DNA of 63,430 bases. Origin: a virus. Its lineage: Duplodnaviria > Caudoviricetes. Shown one piece after another: positions 34,466-43,621 of this stretch. Position 1 is the first letter of the stretch, and each line of letters starts with the position of its first letter. The position numbers and the translations under genes are program-made. The notes below the pieces were generated by a model. The model was not told the DNA's origin and ran no database searches. It saw only the letters and a list, made by a program, of their open reading frames with translations. The stretch is taken from IMG/VR virus record IMGVR_UViG_3300043747_000006, positions 1 to 63,430 of that record; one strand, given 5' to 3'.

Positions 34466-36367
34466 TTATTCGAATGCTATCCATTTGTACGTATTACTCG
34501 ATATGGATACACTATTTAAAACAATCCCACTACTATTAGGCGTTGCTGTTATCGTTTCGGCATTAGCAGTATTGGCCGTATAAATAGATGCATCTGCGGT
34601 TGTTCCTAACACGGTCTTATTCGCATACGTTATTGTTGAGTTTGTCACTGATGCGGTAGGTGATTTTCCAACAACAACCGTCGGAGTGAAACCCAAACCG
34701 CTTATTGTTAAAGTACCGTTAACGCCCGTAGATGTTCCGCTTGCCCATCTCTTACCACCTGTATACCCATTTCCTAAAAATGAATTAACCGCACTAACCA
34801 TCGTTTCCCATGAATCCGTATCATTCACCGTTCCACCCTTGCCGCGAATCGCACCGCCTAACTTCACCTTAACACTCGGCAGAAATGCCGTTTGCGAATC
34901 CTGCACCGCCTTAACTGCGCTCAATACATCGTCACCCGTCGCCAATCGCTTATCAAAGGTATACGTCCATGTGTCGAGCCCCATCGAAACGGTTAACGTA
35001 TTTAGTCCGCCTGTTGCATCCTTATATTTTCCGTATTTAATCGCATCCCATTGCGCTTGCGTTAATCCGGCAATGACTTGCGTACCACTTGCGACGTTTC
35101 GAGTATTAACGGCTATTCCGTTAATACTTTCCGTAATCGTGCCCATCGTTCCGTCAGTCGTGATGGTGTACGTCAGAACGTTTGATTTATCGGATTTGGT
35201 GCCGATGGTGCCTGGCGTTACGGATATGGTTGTTACCGTCCAGGTACCGTAGAAGCCTATTTTATTACTTTGATTGTTCATGTAAATAAATAACGGCGCT
35301 GTTGCGCTGATGTTAAAATCAACCATTGCATTCGGATAATAACAGTTCGCTGTTGTTACATTCGTCAATGATGTTGGCGCGCTCCATGAGGTTGTAAATT
35401 CCGACTGTCTAATTTGACCTACGCCGGTACTGATAGCTGCGTCAAGGCCTTGCCACGAGACAAAAACTTTTCCGTTTCTATATGCTGCTAATGTCGGGTA
35501 GGATTGCCCGTATGTGTTACCGCTTGTGACTTTAGCAGGCGTTGACCACGTAACCCCGCCATCGTCGGAATAAGAATGGCGAATGTTGTTTTTTGTTGTG
35601 TCTGTCGCGTCCATGCCGTGCCACGAAACGTGCACGCGCCCATTAGCCAAGCCGTTGATGCCTTGTGGGACAAATAAAGCGGATGGGCTTTGTTGAGTGT
35701 AAGTTGCGTTTGAATACAGCGCTAATCCTGTGTTAAAATCCGTCCCATTGTACGTTTTAACTGTTATCGTATTGCCGTTAGCACTTCCGGCCTCTTCATA
35801 AAAAAGAACTGGTTTGCCGTTCACTACAATAACGCATGGATTTTGCGCATACTTGCCCGCTACATTCCATGTGTTTATTTGTTGAACTGCGCCCCAACTA
35901 ACCGAACCATCCCCGCTAATCGTTCCTTTTGCATAACGGATGTTGTACGAGTTTGGATACGTGCTGTTTTTCGAAGCCCACGCTGCGTGCAATTCGGTGC
36001 CTGCGTCGTTTATGGCTAGGGATACATTACCGACCGCCGTTAACGATGGGTCGACCGCAACATATGAACCTATAACAACGTCATTAACTATATCTACGGT
36101 TGAATAGTTTATCGCGCCGGCAGTCGCTCGAAGCAATCCTATTGAGTTTCCGATAGCAACAACGGATAAATCTCCCGGGTTTGTTGACTCTGTAACTAAC
36201 TTCGTCCACGTTGATCCGTTGTCTGTCGATTTATAAATATATATTCCGGTCCCTGTTTTTAAGGCAGCGACTATCCAACCGTTCGATAGTCGGACTAACT
36301 TCCGCCCGCCATTGCCGCTCGTGTCGTATGCACTAGTGACAACCGTTATATCTGTTCTTGTCGCCAT
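34466..36367 (-). CDS. Tail fibre / receptor-binding protein with BNR (sialidase-like) repeats
   Basis: Asp-boxes KSTDNGSTW and YSDDGGVTW. Confidence 0.75.
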   Translation of the reverse strand: MATRTDITVVTSAYDTSGNGGRKLVRLSNGWIVAALKTGTGIYIYKSTDNGSTWTKLVTESTNPGDLSVVAIGNSIGLLRATAGAINYSTVDIVNDVVIGSYVAVDPSLTAVGNVSLAINDAGTELHAAWASKNSTYPNSYNIRYAKGTISGDGSVSWGAVQQINTWNVAGKYAQNPCVIVVNGKPVLFYEEAGSANGNTITVKTYNGTDFNTGLALYSNATYTQQSPSALFVPQGINGLANGRVHVSWHGMDATDTTKNNIRHSYSDDGGVTWSTPAKVTSGNTYGQSYPTLAAYRNGKVFVSWQGLDAAISTGVGQIRQSEFTTSWSAPTSLTNVTTANCYYPNAMVDFNISATAPLFIYMNNQSNKIGFYGTWTVTTISVTPGTIGTKSDKSNVLTYTITTDGTMGTITESINGIAVNTRNVASGTQVIAGLTQAQWDAIKYGKYKDATGGLNTLTVSMGLDTWTYTFDKRLATGDDVLSAVKAVQDSQTAFLPSVKVKLGGAIRGKGGTVNDTDSWETMVSAVNSFLGNGYTGGKRWASGTSTGVNGTLTISGLGFTPTVVVGKSPTASVTNSTITYANKTVLGTTADASIYTANTANAETITATPNSSGIVLNSVSISSNTYKWIAFE

Positions 36368-36383
36368 TATTTCACCGTCCTTT

Positions 36384-36752
36384 CTACGAACCTAATACGT
36401 TATTAGCCGACGTGATTAGCGACCCTCGCATCGCATTAAGCGTCTGACCGACTTCCTGAAGCGCACCCTCTGCGTTAGCTGACGCATAATAGTTGCCCGT
36501 GTCCGCCACCGCTATTTTATCGGCGCTCGAGCTTACGTTTAGCTGGCCCGCAGGCACCTTTCCGTCTGAGCCTAGCGTTGCCAGTCCGTTGGCTACGCCC
36601 GTTGGCAATTGGCTGACCGGAACCTTTCCGTCGCCGCCCACCGTGGCCACCTTCGCGTCGATAATGTCCCAGTTTTCGTTGAATGATGCGCGTGATACGT
36701 TTTCATTTCCGAGAGGTTTCTTTATGCCTACTCGCGGAGTTAAATCCGGCAT
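36384..36752 (-). CDS. Short tail fibre base/adapter
   Basis: TPRVGIKKP...FNENWDIID; ATxGxDGKVP repeats. Confidence 0.7.
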   Translation of the reverse strand: MPDLTPRVGIKKPLGNENVSRASFNENWDIIDAKVATVGGDGKVPVSQLPTGVANGLATLGSDGKVPAGQLNVSSSADKIAVADTGNYYASANAEGALQEVGQTLNAMRGSLITSANNVLGS

Positions 36753-36814
36753 GTGATCCGCTCCTTTCCGTAATAAAAAAGAGGGCCGCGATGGGCCCTC
36801 CGTTTAATAGTTCG

Positions 36815-39088
36815 CTAGACTGTTGTTCCTGCCGAATCTGTCCAAGTAGGGCTTGCGCCTCCGACTTTGCAGTAAATCGGCTTTCCGAGCGTGGTATCAT
36901 AGAACACTTGACCGACAACAGGACTAGCCGGCCTGCTTGCTGTTGCTCCGGAATCTAAAACAAAGTTTGTCGTTTTGTTCTTGTTCATATTTAATGCCCC
37001 ATAAAGATTTCCGCCCTCTGCTGCGTTTAACCACGCTTTTCCTGCGCTTGCGGATATAGAAGTAGCAAAAATCCGATAGATACGTATAAATCTGCTTGCA
37101 TTAACAGTGTTAGAACTGCCGAAGGTAAATCTTAGCTTATAGCACGTTCCGACGTATGTGCTCGCATACCAAAACGGTTGCGTATTGTTGGTAATAAGCG
37201 CAATTTGCGAATAAGCACCGCCGCTTGAAGAAACCGCTTCGACCTTAACGTATTTCGGAATGTAGTTGTTCGGATCTAATCGGAAGATGAATCCGATCAT
37301 GTCAATTTCCGCAACAGGGGAAGCGCTCATGTCAATTTCAAGGGTACAGTTGTTATTTTCATCTACTCCGCTTAAACTTAGATAGCTCCCTTTGTTTGGT
37401 TGAAACGGACTGTCTAAAGTTCCTGCTGCAATCGTATGAGCGGATGTTTTCGTCACCGTGTACGCCTTAGATGCTCCCGCTAATATATCGTCTTGATCTC
37501 CGATAATGTTTCGCACGTTGTTGGTGAGCACTGGCGGAATAATATTAACGGGATTTATTAAGCTGTTGAAACGGTTTGGTCTCATCGGGTTCCCGCCGGT
37601 TGCTCCGCTTGTATTTTTATCAATTACATGTTTATCATACTGAAAAAACTGAGTGCCGTTTATAGTGTTTTCGTGCGCTGTTGCGCTAAATTCAAATGGA
37701 GCAACTCCTCGACCTTCGAAGTAATCCTCAAGATCCCAAAATTCGCCCTGAAATACGTTGTTCGAACCGTCACTATAAATATATCGCTCTGAGTAACTAT
37801 TTGCTTGCAATTGAAGGTTTGAAAACGAATGGCCGCCATTGTAAAATGAATCGTTTGTTGTAATGTCAATGGACCTCATTGCAGCATACATGTTAATTTG
37901 GTCAAATGTACAAGAAGTAATCCAAGGATTTCCTTGCACTGGAGTCTGTTCTCTTTCAAGCCAAATACCTCTATAAAAGTTACTAATATTAATATTAGAT
38001 ACTTGGACATAAGCAACATACGCTTGCCCTTGATAACCGCCTGCCCAGTTATTACCACTGTAAAAATGAATCCCTTTTCCGGTGTAATTCGTGGATAAAA
38101 TTGTTCCAGAATCACCTTCATGGTCTTTTCCGTTAATATTCAATCCGTCTACAGTAGTAAGTTCGCCGGCTACAGAGAAGCGATCTTGACCGCTTGCATA
38201 TAATCCAGCCATAGAAAATCCACTTACTCCACTTACATCAATTGTTGCACCATTTCCGTATATATTACAATTAGGCTTAATTTGGATAACGTTAAAGTTT
38301 CCACTAGGTTTAATGGTTACGCCGGCATTTAATATTAATGTCCCTTTGCGTGGGATAACAAGCGTTCCACTCACTTTATATGTTCCAGGAAGGGCGCTTA
38401 CTGGCTTTCCTTTTGCTAGCGCAGTATTAAAAGCCGCGAATGAATCAGCTACCCCTGTTGCATCAGCTCCGTAATCATTAATCAAGACCTCGTTCATCGA
38501 AGACGACCCGCCGCCCTGCACCTGTTTCCACGTTGTGCCATCGAGCGAATACTCGAAAACATTTGCGTTATCCCTAATTTCTTTGACGTTTGTTGACGTT
38601 ACCTTATTCGCCAATGGCGTCGCAACTTTTTCTTGGAAGTTTTTAAGTTTAGTAATGTCTAACTCGTCTGCCCCTCCGAGCTCATGCTTCGTATGATGCC
38701 CCGCAGTAGCCGGCACAAACGGCTCAACCCAACTCGCCCATACTTTCACGCCATCGGGAATCTTAGACGAATCGACCAACAACGTAAACTGCGACGGACT
38801 ATCCATTTGGATTTGGCTGAGTGGCACCGGAGCACCTCCTACTGTCAGCCAGAACCATTTCGAAGTTGTGTCGTATGTCTGGCCGGCTGGCATTACATAA
38901 GTCAACTGGCCGGCATTCGACGTCCACTCGTACTCGCTCGCCGATTTCGACAGGCTTCCGATTGTATCTTCGTGCTCTTTCGCCTTTGCGTCTAGCTTGC
39001 GAAAGTTATCGTTCATTTCATCGCGCCTGAATTGGTCCGTTCCAACCCAGTCGTTTAAATTCAAAAAAGTCGTTTTATTTGTCGACAA
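36815..39088 (-). CDS. Tail spike with pectate-lyase-like beta-helix
   Basis: INDYGADATGVADSFAAF...PGTYKVS; C-terminal RP..PVVGQVFYDTTLGKPI. Confidence 0.8.
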   Translation of the reverse strand: MSTNKTTFLNLNDWVGTDQFRRDEMNDNFRKLDAKAKEHEDTIGSLSKSASEYEWTSNAGQLTYVMPAGQTYDTTSKWFWLTVGGAPVPLSQIQMDSPSQFTLLVDSSKIPDGVKVWASWVEPFVPATAGHHTKHELGGADELDITKLKNFQEKVATPLANKVTSTNVKEIRDNANVFEYSLDGTTWKQVQGGGSSSMNEVLINDYGADATGVADSFAAFNTALAKGKPVSALPGTYKVSGTLVIPRKGTLILNAGVTIKPSGNFNVIQIKPNCNIYGNGATIDVSGVSGFSMAGLYASGQDRFSVAGELTTVDGLNINGKDHEGDSGTILSTNYTGKGIHFYSGNNWAGGYQGQAYVAYVQVSNINISNFYRGIWLEREQTPVQGNPWITSCTFDQINMYAAMRSIDITTNDSFYNGGHSFSNLQLQANSYSERYIYSDGSNNVFQGEFWDLEDYFEGRGVAPFEFSATAHENTINGTQFFQYDKHVIDKNTSGATGGNPMRPNRFNSLINPVNIIPPVLTNNVRNIIGDQDDILAGASKAYTVTKTSAHTIAAGTLDSPFQPNKGSYLSLSGVDENNNCTLEIDMSASPVAEIDMIGFIFRLDPNNYIPKYVKVEAVSSSGGAYSQIALITNNTQPFWYASTYVGTCYKLRFTFGSSNTVNASRFIRIYRIFATSISASAGKAWLNAAEGGNLYGALNMNKNKTTNFVLDSGATASRPASPVVGQVFYDTTLGKPIYCKVGGASPTWTDSAGTTV

Positions 39089-39102
39089 TTAAATTACACC
39101 TC

Positions 39103-39759
39103 CTATTGAATCGCCGTGCTCAATTCGTCCCATGTATACGACTTGCCGTCTAGCGTATCCCACGACCACGTATAGCCGTCTAACTCGTTCCAACGTAAGT
39201 ATCGATATACATACTCGATTTCCAGGTGCGCTGGCATAATGTCGCGCAGAACCGCCTCAAGCGCATCCATGTTCGCAGGCACTCCCGCAAGGTCGGTAAA
39301 TACGATTTGAACTTTAAACTCGCTCGTCTTTTCGACAATGTCCACGGTTCCGCCCGTGTAGGCTGCGCAAACGGTCTTGAGAAGGTCTTTCGTAACTGTG
39401 CCCGTTCCCCTTAGTCGCGCCTTAACCGCTGACCGCCGTTCGTCCAAACTCGCCGTATACGACTTCTCGATTAAGTTCCACGTTTTAAATTCGAGTGCAT
39501 TAAATATGACACTCTGACGCGACATCGTATCCCACACGGTATAATTCGCTGAATTCGGCAGTCCGACAAAGCGCTCCCATATTTCGAGCCCCCAAGTCGC
39601 CTTATCAACGTACATCTGATCGAGCACATCGTCAGCAGTGACGTTTAGCTCGGATATTGCATCGGAGTCCGAATCGATAATAGCGCGCGCTTCTCGGATA
39701 TCTTCGTAATATCCCGGTATATAATCGTACATCGCTTGATTTATGTCGCGAGTCATCAA
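39103..39759 (-). CDS. Baseplate protein (XkdU/DUF2313-like)
   Basis: ATWGLEIWE, LDERR, IMPAHL. Confidence 0.88.
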   Translation of the reverse strand: MMTRDINQAMYDYIPGYYEDIREARAIIDSDSDAISELNVTADDVLDQMYVDKATWGLEIWERFVGLPNSANYTVWDTMSRQSVIFNALEFKTWNLIEKSYTASLDERRSAVKARLRGTGTVTKDLLKTVCAAYTGGTVDIVEKTSEFKVQIVFTDLAGVPANMDALEAVLRDIMPAHLEIEYVYRYLRWNELDGYTWSWDTLDGKSYTWDELSTAIQ

Positions 39760-40808
39760 CTTAACGTCACACTCCCGACCACTCCGACCTGCTCATCGGT
39801 TGGCAGGATATTCGCCGTTCCTCCGTTAACAGTTAGGCCTGCGTAGTCCACAACCGTCGACACATCGATAAGTAGGTTCGCGATTCGTGTATACCGGATT
39901 TGCTCGCCAGTGAACGCAACGGACTTCAGATAATCCGTAAGTGCCGTTGTAAACTGCGTCTGCACATCCGTAATATCAGCGCCAGATTCAAGCGTTAAAG
40001 TTGCCGACACGTTAATCGCTAGTTCAGTCGCGCCGACCACTGTTACAGCCACGCCGATAGGTCGCTGTGTTTCGATGTAGGCCGCCGTAGCAGTAACGAC
40101 CGAAGGAGCCGGCGCTGTCTTTTCCGTATCAACTAGAACAACTTTAACGGTACCACCGCCATTCCATACCGGATAAACTTTCGCATCACCAATTCCGGCC
40201 ACCTCTAGCGCCCATTGTTTGTAGTGAGCCGCGTTGCCTGATGTTGCCGGCTTTCGCACACGGTCTAGTAATCGCGCCAATAACGAAGCATCATCTTCTA
40301 TGTCCGCGCCTCCGTCAAATACTGCCGGATTTGTTACCGTAACGATTCCGTATAAATCGCCAGGTGCGAGTGCTGTGATAGTTCCGATTGCTACGTTTCC
40401 GGTAAGACCTGCCTCTTCTGCTTCTGCGCTAACTGTAGCAGTTCCAGTCGTAAGTGTTACGTCCGCAAGCGTTACAAAGAAAATCTCGGACGCAGTCTGT
40501 AGTCGCGTTCCTTGAGGTACTACCGTTAAGGCAGGTCCGGTCAAAGTAACGGATCCTTGTGCCTTTAGCGCTTCTTTACGAGTAACGCCGTGCTCGCTCG
40601 CTCTCATATCGAGGTATTCACCTTCGGACGTTTCTGCGAATCCCAGCGCAAGCACCGCATCCAATTCGATATATGCGTTGGCAATTTCAATGGCTGCCGG
40701 CATGGTTAAATCGTGTACGACCGAGCCTTCACGTTGGTCAATCGCTGGGTCCACGTTTTCAAGCATTGAACCGTGTATTAAGTCGGGTGTTTTATCCTCA
40801 TACGCCAT
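39756..40808 (-). CDS. Baseplate J-like (XkdT)
   Basis: DQREGS, GEYLD, GGADIEDD, SGNAAHYKQWA, GGGTVKV. Confidence 0.93.
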   Translation of the reverse strand: MAYEDKTPDLIHGSMLENVDPAIDQREGSVVHDLTMPAAIEIANAYIELDAVLALGFAETSEGEYLDMRASEHGVTRKEALKAQGSVTLTGPALTVVPQGTRLQTASEIFFVTLADVTLTTGTATVSAEAEEAGLTGNVAIGTITALAPGDLYGIVTVTNPAVFDGGADIEDDASLLARLLDRVRKPATSGNAAHYKQWALEVAGIGDAKVYPVWNGGGTVKVVLVDTEKTAPAPSVVTATAAYIETQRPIGVAVTVVGATELAINVSATLTLESGADITDVQTQFTTALTDYLKSVAFTGEQIRYTRIANLLIDVSTVVDYAGLTVNGGTANILPTDEQVGVVGSVTLS

Positions 40809-41232
40809 TAATCTCCACCTCCTCCGTTGTTATCTCATCGCCCGTTGCCGTTACGATTTGAAATGAAATGTATAATTTGTCGCCTGCTCGCGTTATATTA
40901 AGGTTCGAAAGGCTGTCGATGCGATCGTCATAAACTAACGTATCTTCGACCATTCTCGGAATCTCCGAATCTAATAGGTCGGCCGTCACATCATCGCCAA
41001 TTAAATCCATCAACTCCGTTCCATATTCATCGGTATAGATGGCGTATTTGCTTCGCTCTGTTATGAGCGATTTTAGCGCGAATTGTTTAATCGCGTCATT
41101 GTCGTCAATAAATCCGCCGATCGTGCCGTTTTCGAAATCAATCGCCCAAGTTTTCGAGGGCGCGAGCTCTTCATCGACCCTTTCTTCCGGGTCAATTGTT
41201 TCGTCTATATTTTCCGGTGTGAGTGCCATCAT
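40798..41232 (-). CDS. XkdS/DUF2634 baseplate protein
   Basis: TERSKYAIY..EYGTEL. Confidence 0.88.
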   Translation of the reverse strand: MMALTPENIDETIDPEERVDEELAPSKTWAIDFENGTIGGFIDDNDAIKQFALKSLITERSKYAIYTDEYGTELMDLIGDDVTADLLDSEIPRMVEDTLVYDDRIDSLSNLNITRAGDKLYISFQIVTATGDEITTEEVEINGV

Positions 41233-41513
41233 TCCACCGCCTTATCTATTACGTAGTAAAATTGCGAGTTATCATCGCCGATTACGATTACATGGTCGCC
41301 CGCACTCAGCGAATAAGTGGCGATAATGCCCGCGACAACTAAGTCCTCACGTTCGAGCACCAGTCCGTCCGAGCCGAGCGTTACAGATAAGTCAGGCAGT
41401 GGCGTGACAACCGTTGCTAGTTCGATAGACATGTCGCGATTGTAGCCGTGCTTTCGCATTAACTGGACCATGCGCGATGCCGCTGAGCCTTCGATATTAA
41501 TCCGTTTATCCAC
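41229..41513 (-). CDS. XkdR/DUF2577 spike-associated protein
   Basis: ELATVVTPLPDL, LSAGDHVIV, YYVIDK. Confidence 0.8.
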   Translation of the reverse strand: MDKRINIEGSAASRMVQLMRKHGYNRDMSIELATVVTPLPDLSVTLGSDGLVLEREDLVVAGIIATYSLSAGDHVIVIGDDNSQFYYVIDKAVE

Positions 41514-42962
41514 CTATACCACCCGCCTTATCTGCATGAAATGATTCGCCCAATATCCGCTCGTGTAGCTTTCTTCCTTGCATCCGTCGTTTTGAAGGTT
41601 GACGAAATAGCCTTTTCGCGTTACGATGCCGACGTGCGAAACTCCCGGACGGTACGTGCCTTGGAAGAATATTAGGTCGCCAATCGTAGCGTCATCGCTC
41701 GAAATCCGATCACCTTTCGTAACTTGCGTTGTTGTGCCGTGGCCAAGGTTGATTCCGGCAGCATGCTCGTAGATGAACCAGGTAAATCCGGAGCAGTCGC
41801 CGGTCCCGTTCGGTATGTTCTTGCTACCGAATACATATCGAAGCTTTCCTTTGTAGCTCCGCGCAAGATCGACCACTTTATGTGCTTTATCGCTTGCTTT
41901 AGACGAAGAATGCGATGATGAGGACGACGACGATTTAGTCGACTTAGTTGATTTTTTCTTCGGATCTTCCGGCGGCTCATAATTAATTTCGTTAAGCTCA
42001 AGCGTTTTAGAAATGCCCAGCGACATCGTATGCCCTCCGCTTGGCTCGAAATTATGCGAGTCGGTAACGACGTAAAATCCTCCGCTGAGCCCCGTCATTT
42101 TCTCGGTAACTTGAACCATAGTTCCCGCAAAAATGTCCTTATGTCCGATTACGTCGACGTTTGATTCGGTCGCCACTTTGTTGAGCTCTTTTAGCAGCGC
42201 CGTGGCAATCGGCTTTAACTTAGCGTCCGTCTTTTCGCTATCATCCTGCTTTTCCCGCATAAGTCCGTATTTCTTAACTGAGTCGGAGTCACTTACCGTA
42301 ACACCTTTCGCATCGGGGCCACTCTTGCCGGTATAACGGACCGAGTTTCGCAAGTCCTCGATGGATGTCGTCATGCTTGCGCCCAGGATGTTCGAGCCGT
42401 CCGAAATGAGCAGGCGCTTAACTTGCTTCCTACGCTCACGCAGAACGAGTTTTCCTTTTTCGTTGGTCAATAAAAAAACCTTGCCGGTCTTCTGTCGAGT
42501 TTCCGTCAAGGCAATTACGATCATGTCGTATATAGTTTTGTCGCGCAATATTAATTTAGGTATGACGTAGCCAGTGTCGTCTATGTTTCCGTAGTCGATT
42601 CCGTATTTTTTGCATATTGATTTAACGATTTCGCTCGCCTTCATCTTAACGAACTTTTGTGAATCGGTATTTTTCGTTAAGTAATGATTGTAGTCACGAA
42701 CGGTTATCCTTAAGGATCCGTCACTGCTGAATTCGGTCCCGAATACAACTCCGCGAAAAACCTCATCACCGTCCACCCTCAAACGGATTGACCGCCCCAA
42801 TTCGATCTTAATCGCCTGAGTGGTGCCATTCTTCGTATTATTAAGCGAGATTTCACATGACCGGCTGGCCTCCGTTATGTCGCCGGACCAAGTGATTCCG
42901 GTGACAAATGGCGTTAAGTAATATACCTTCTTCCCAACGTAGTAAGAAACCGAAATGCTCAC
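41514..42962 (-). CDS. XkdQ-like tail hub fused to an NlpC/P60 hydrolase
   Basis: WSGD...SR, KKYGLM; Ser/Lys linker; GDCSGF, GDLIFF, SHVGI. Confidence 0.88.
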   Translation of the reverse strand: MSISVSYYVGKKVYYLTPFVTGITWSGDITEASRSCEISLNNTKNGTTQAIKIELGRSIRLRVDGDEVFRGVVFGTEFSSDGSLRITVRDYNHYLTKNTDSQKFVKMKASEIVKSICKKYGIDYGNIDDTGYVIPKLILRDKTIYDMIVIALTETRQKTGKVFLLTNEKGKLVLRERRKQVKRLLISDGSNILGASMTTSIEDLRNSVRYTGKSGPDAKGVTVSDSDSVKKYGLMREKQDDSEKTDAKLKPIATALLKELNKVATESNVDVIGHKDIFAGTMVQVTEKMTGLSGGFYVVTDSHNFEPSGGHTMSLGISKTLELNEINYEPPEDPKKKSTKSTKSSSSSSSHSSSKASDKAHKVVDLARSYKGKLRYVFGSKNIPNGTGDCSGFTWFIYEHAAGINLGHGTTTQVTKGDRISSDDATIGDLIFFQGTYRPGVSHVGIVTRKGYFVNLQNDGCKEESYTSGYWANHFMQIRRVV

Positions 42963-43621
42963 TTCGGAATCACCAACTTCATGCCGACCTTCAGTTTATT
43001 AGGATTCTTACCGATGGTCTTTTTGTTGGCGTCGTAAATTTTGCGCCACTTATTACCGTTACCATAAATGTCATTACGTTTAGCAATCTTGAAAAGACTA
43101 TCGTCCTTCTTAACGGTGTATGTCTTTTTCGATGTTGGCGTGGGCAATGGTGGGCGCGACTTCTTATTCTTACTCGACTTAGGCTTCGAAGTGTCAACGA
43201 CCTTAACGGTTGCCTGTCGGTACTCTTTTAAATTAAGCGTAAAATAAACGTCGCCTGGCGCCCCCGCCCGTTCTGCCTCGACTTCAAAATCGCGAATGGT
43301 TACGAGCGTGTTTGCGCCCTTAACTCCCGTCACAACAAGTCGGATTGGCGCTCGAGCACTACGCCATTTTTCGATGTAATAGACGAATGTATCCGGAGAT
43401 CTAAAGCTAGAGTAACCGCAGTATGTCGCGTTATAGGTCTTCGGCCAAAACGTGCTGATCGAAAACTCCTTTTGACCGCGATATCCGATGTTTGTAACCT
43501 CGCCAAGCCCTTCGACTTCAGTTTCGACATAGCCGAACGGAGAGGTGTACGCATAAGATTCGGGATTGACGGGAAGGCGAAGCTTTATTTTTCCGGATAT
43601 AAGCCAAAACTGAATTGCCAT
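42959..43621 (-). CDS. XkdP-like LysM tail tube initiator
   Basis: LPVNP, GDVYFTLNLKEY, YTVKKDDSLFKIA. Confidence 0.9.
   Translation of the reverse strand: MAIQFWLISGKIKLRLPVNPESYAYTSPFGYVETEVEGLGEVTNIGYRGQKEFSISTFWPKTYNATYCGYSSFRSPDTFVYYIEKWRSARAPIRLVVTGVKGANTLVTIRDFEVEAERAGAPGDVYFTLNLKEYRQATVKVVDTSKPKSSKNKKSRPPLPTPTSKKTYTVKKDDSLFKIAKRNDIYGNGNKWRKIYDANKKTIGKNPNKLKVGMKLVIPK

Noticed and set aside
34466-39088. Diversity-generating retroelement or invertible tail-fibre cassette
   Set aside because: No reverse transcriptase, TR/VR pair or invertase seen
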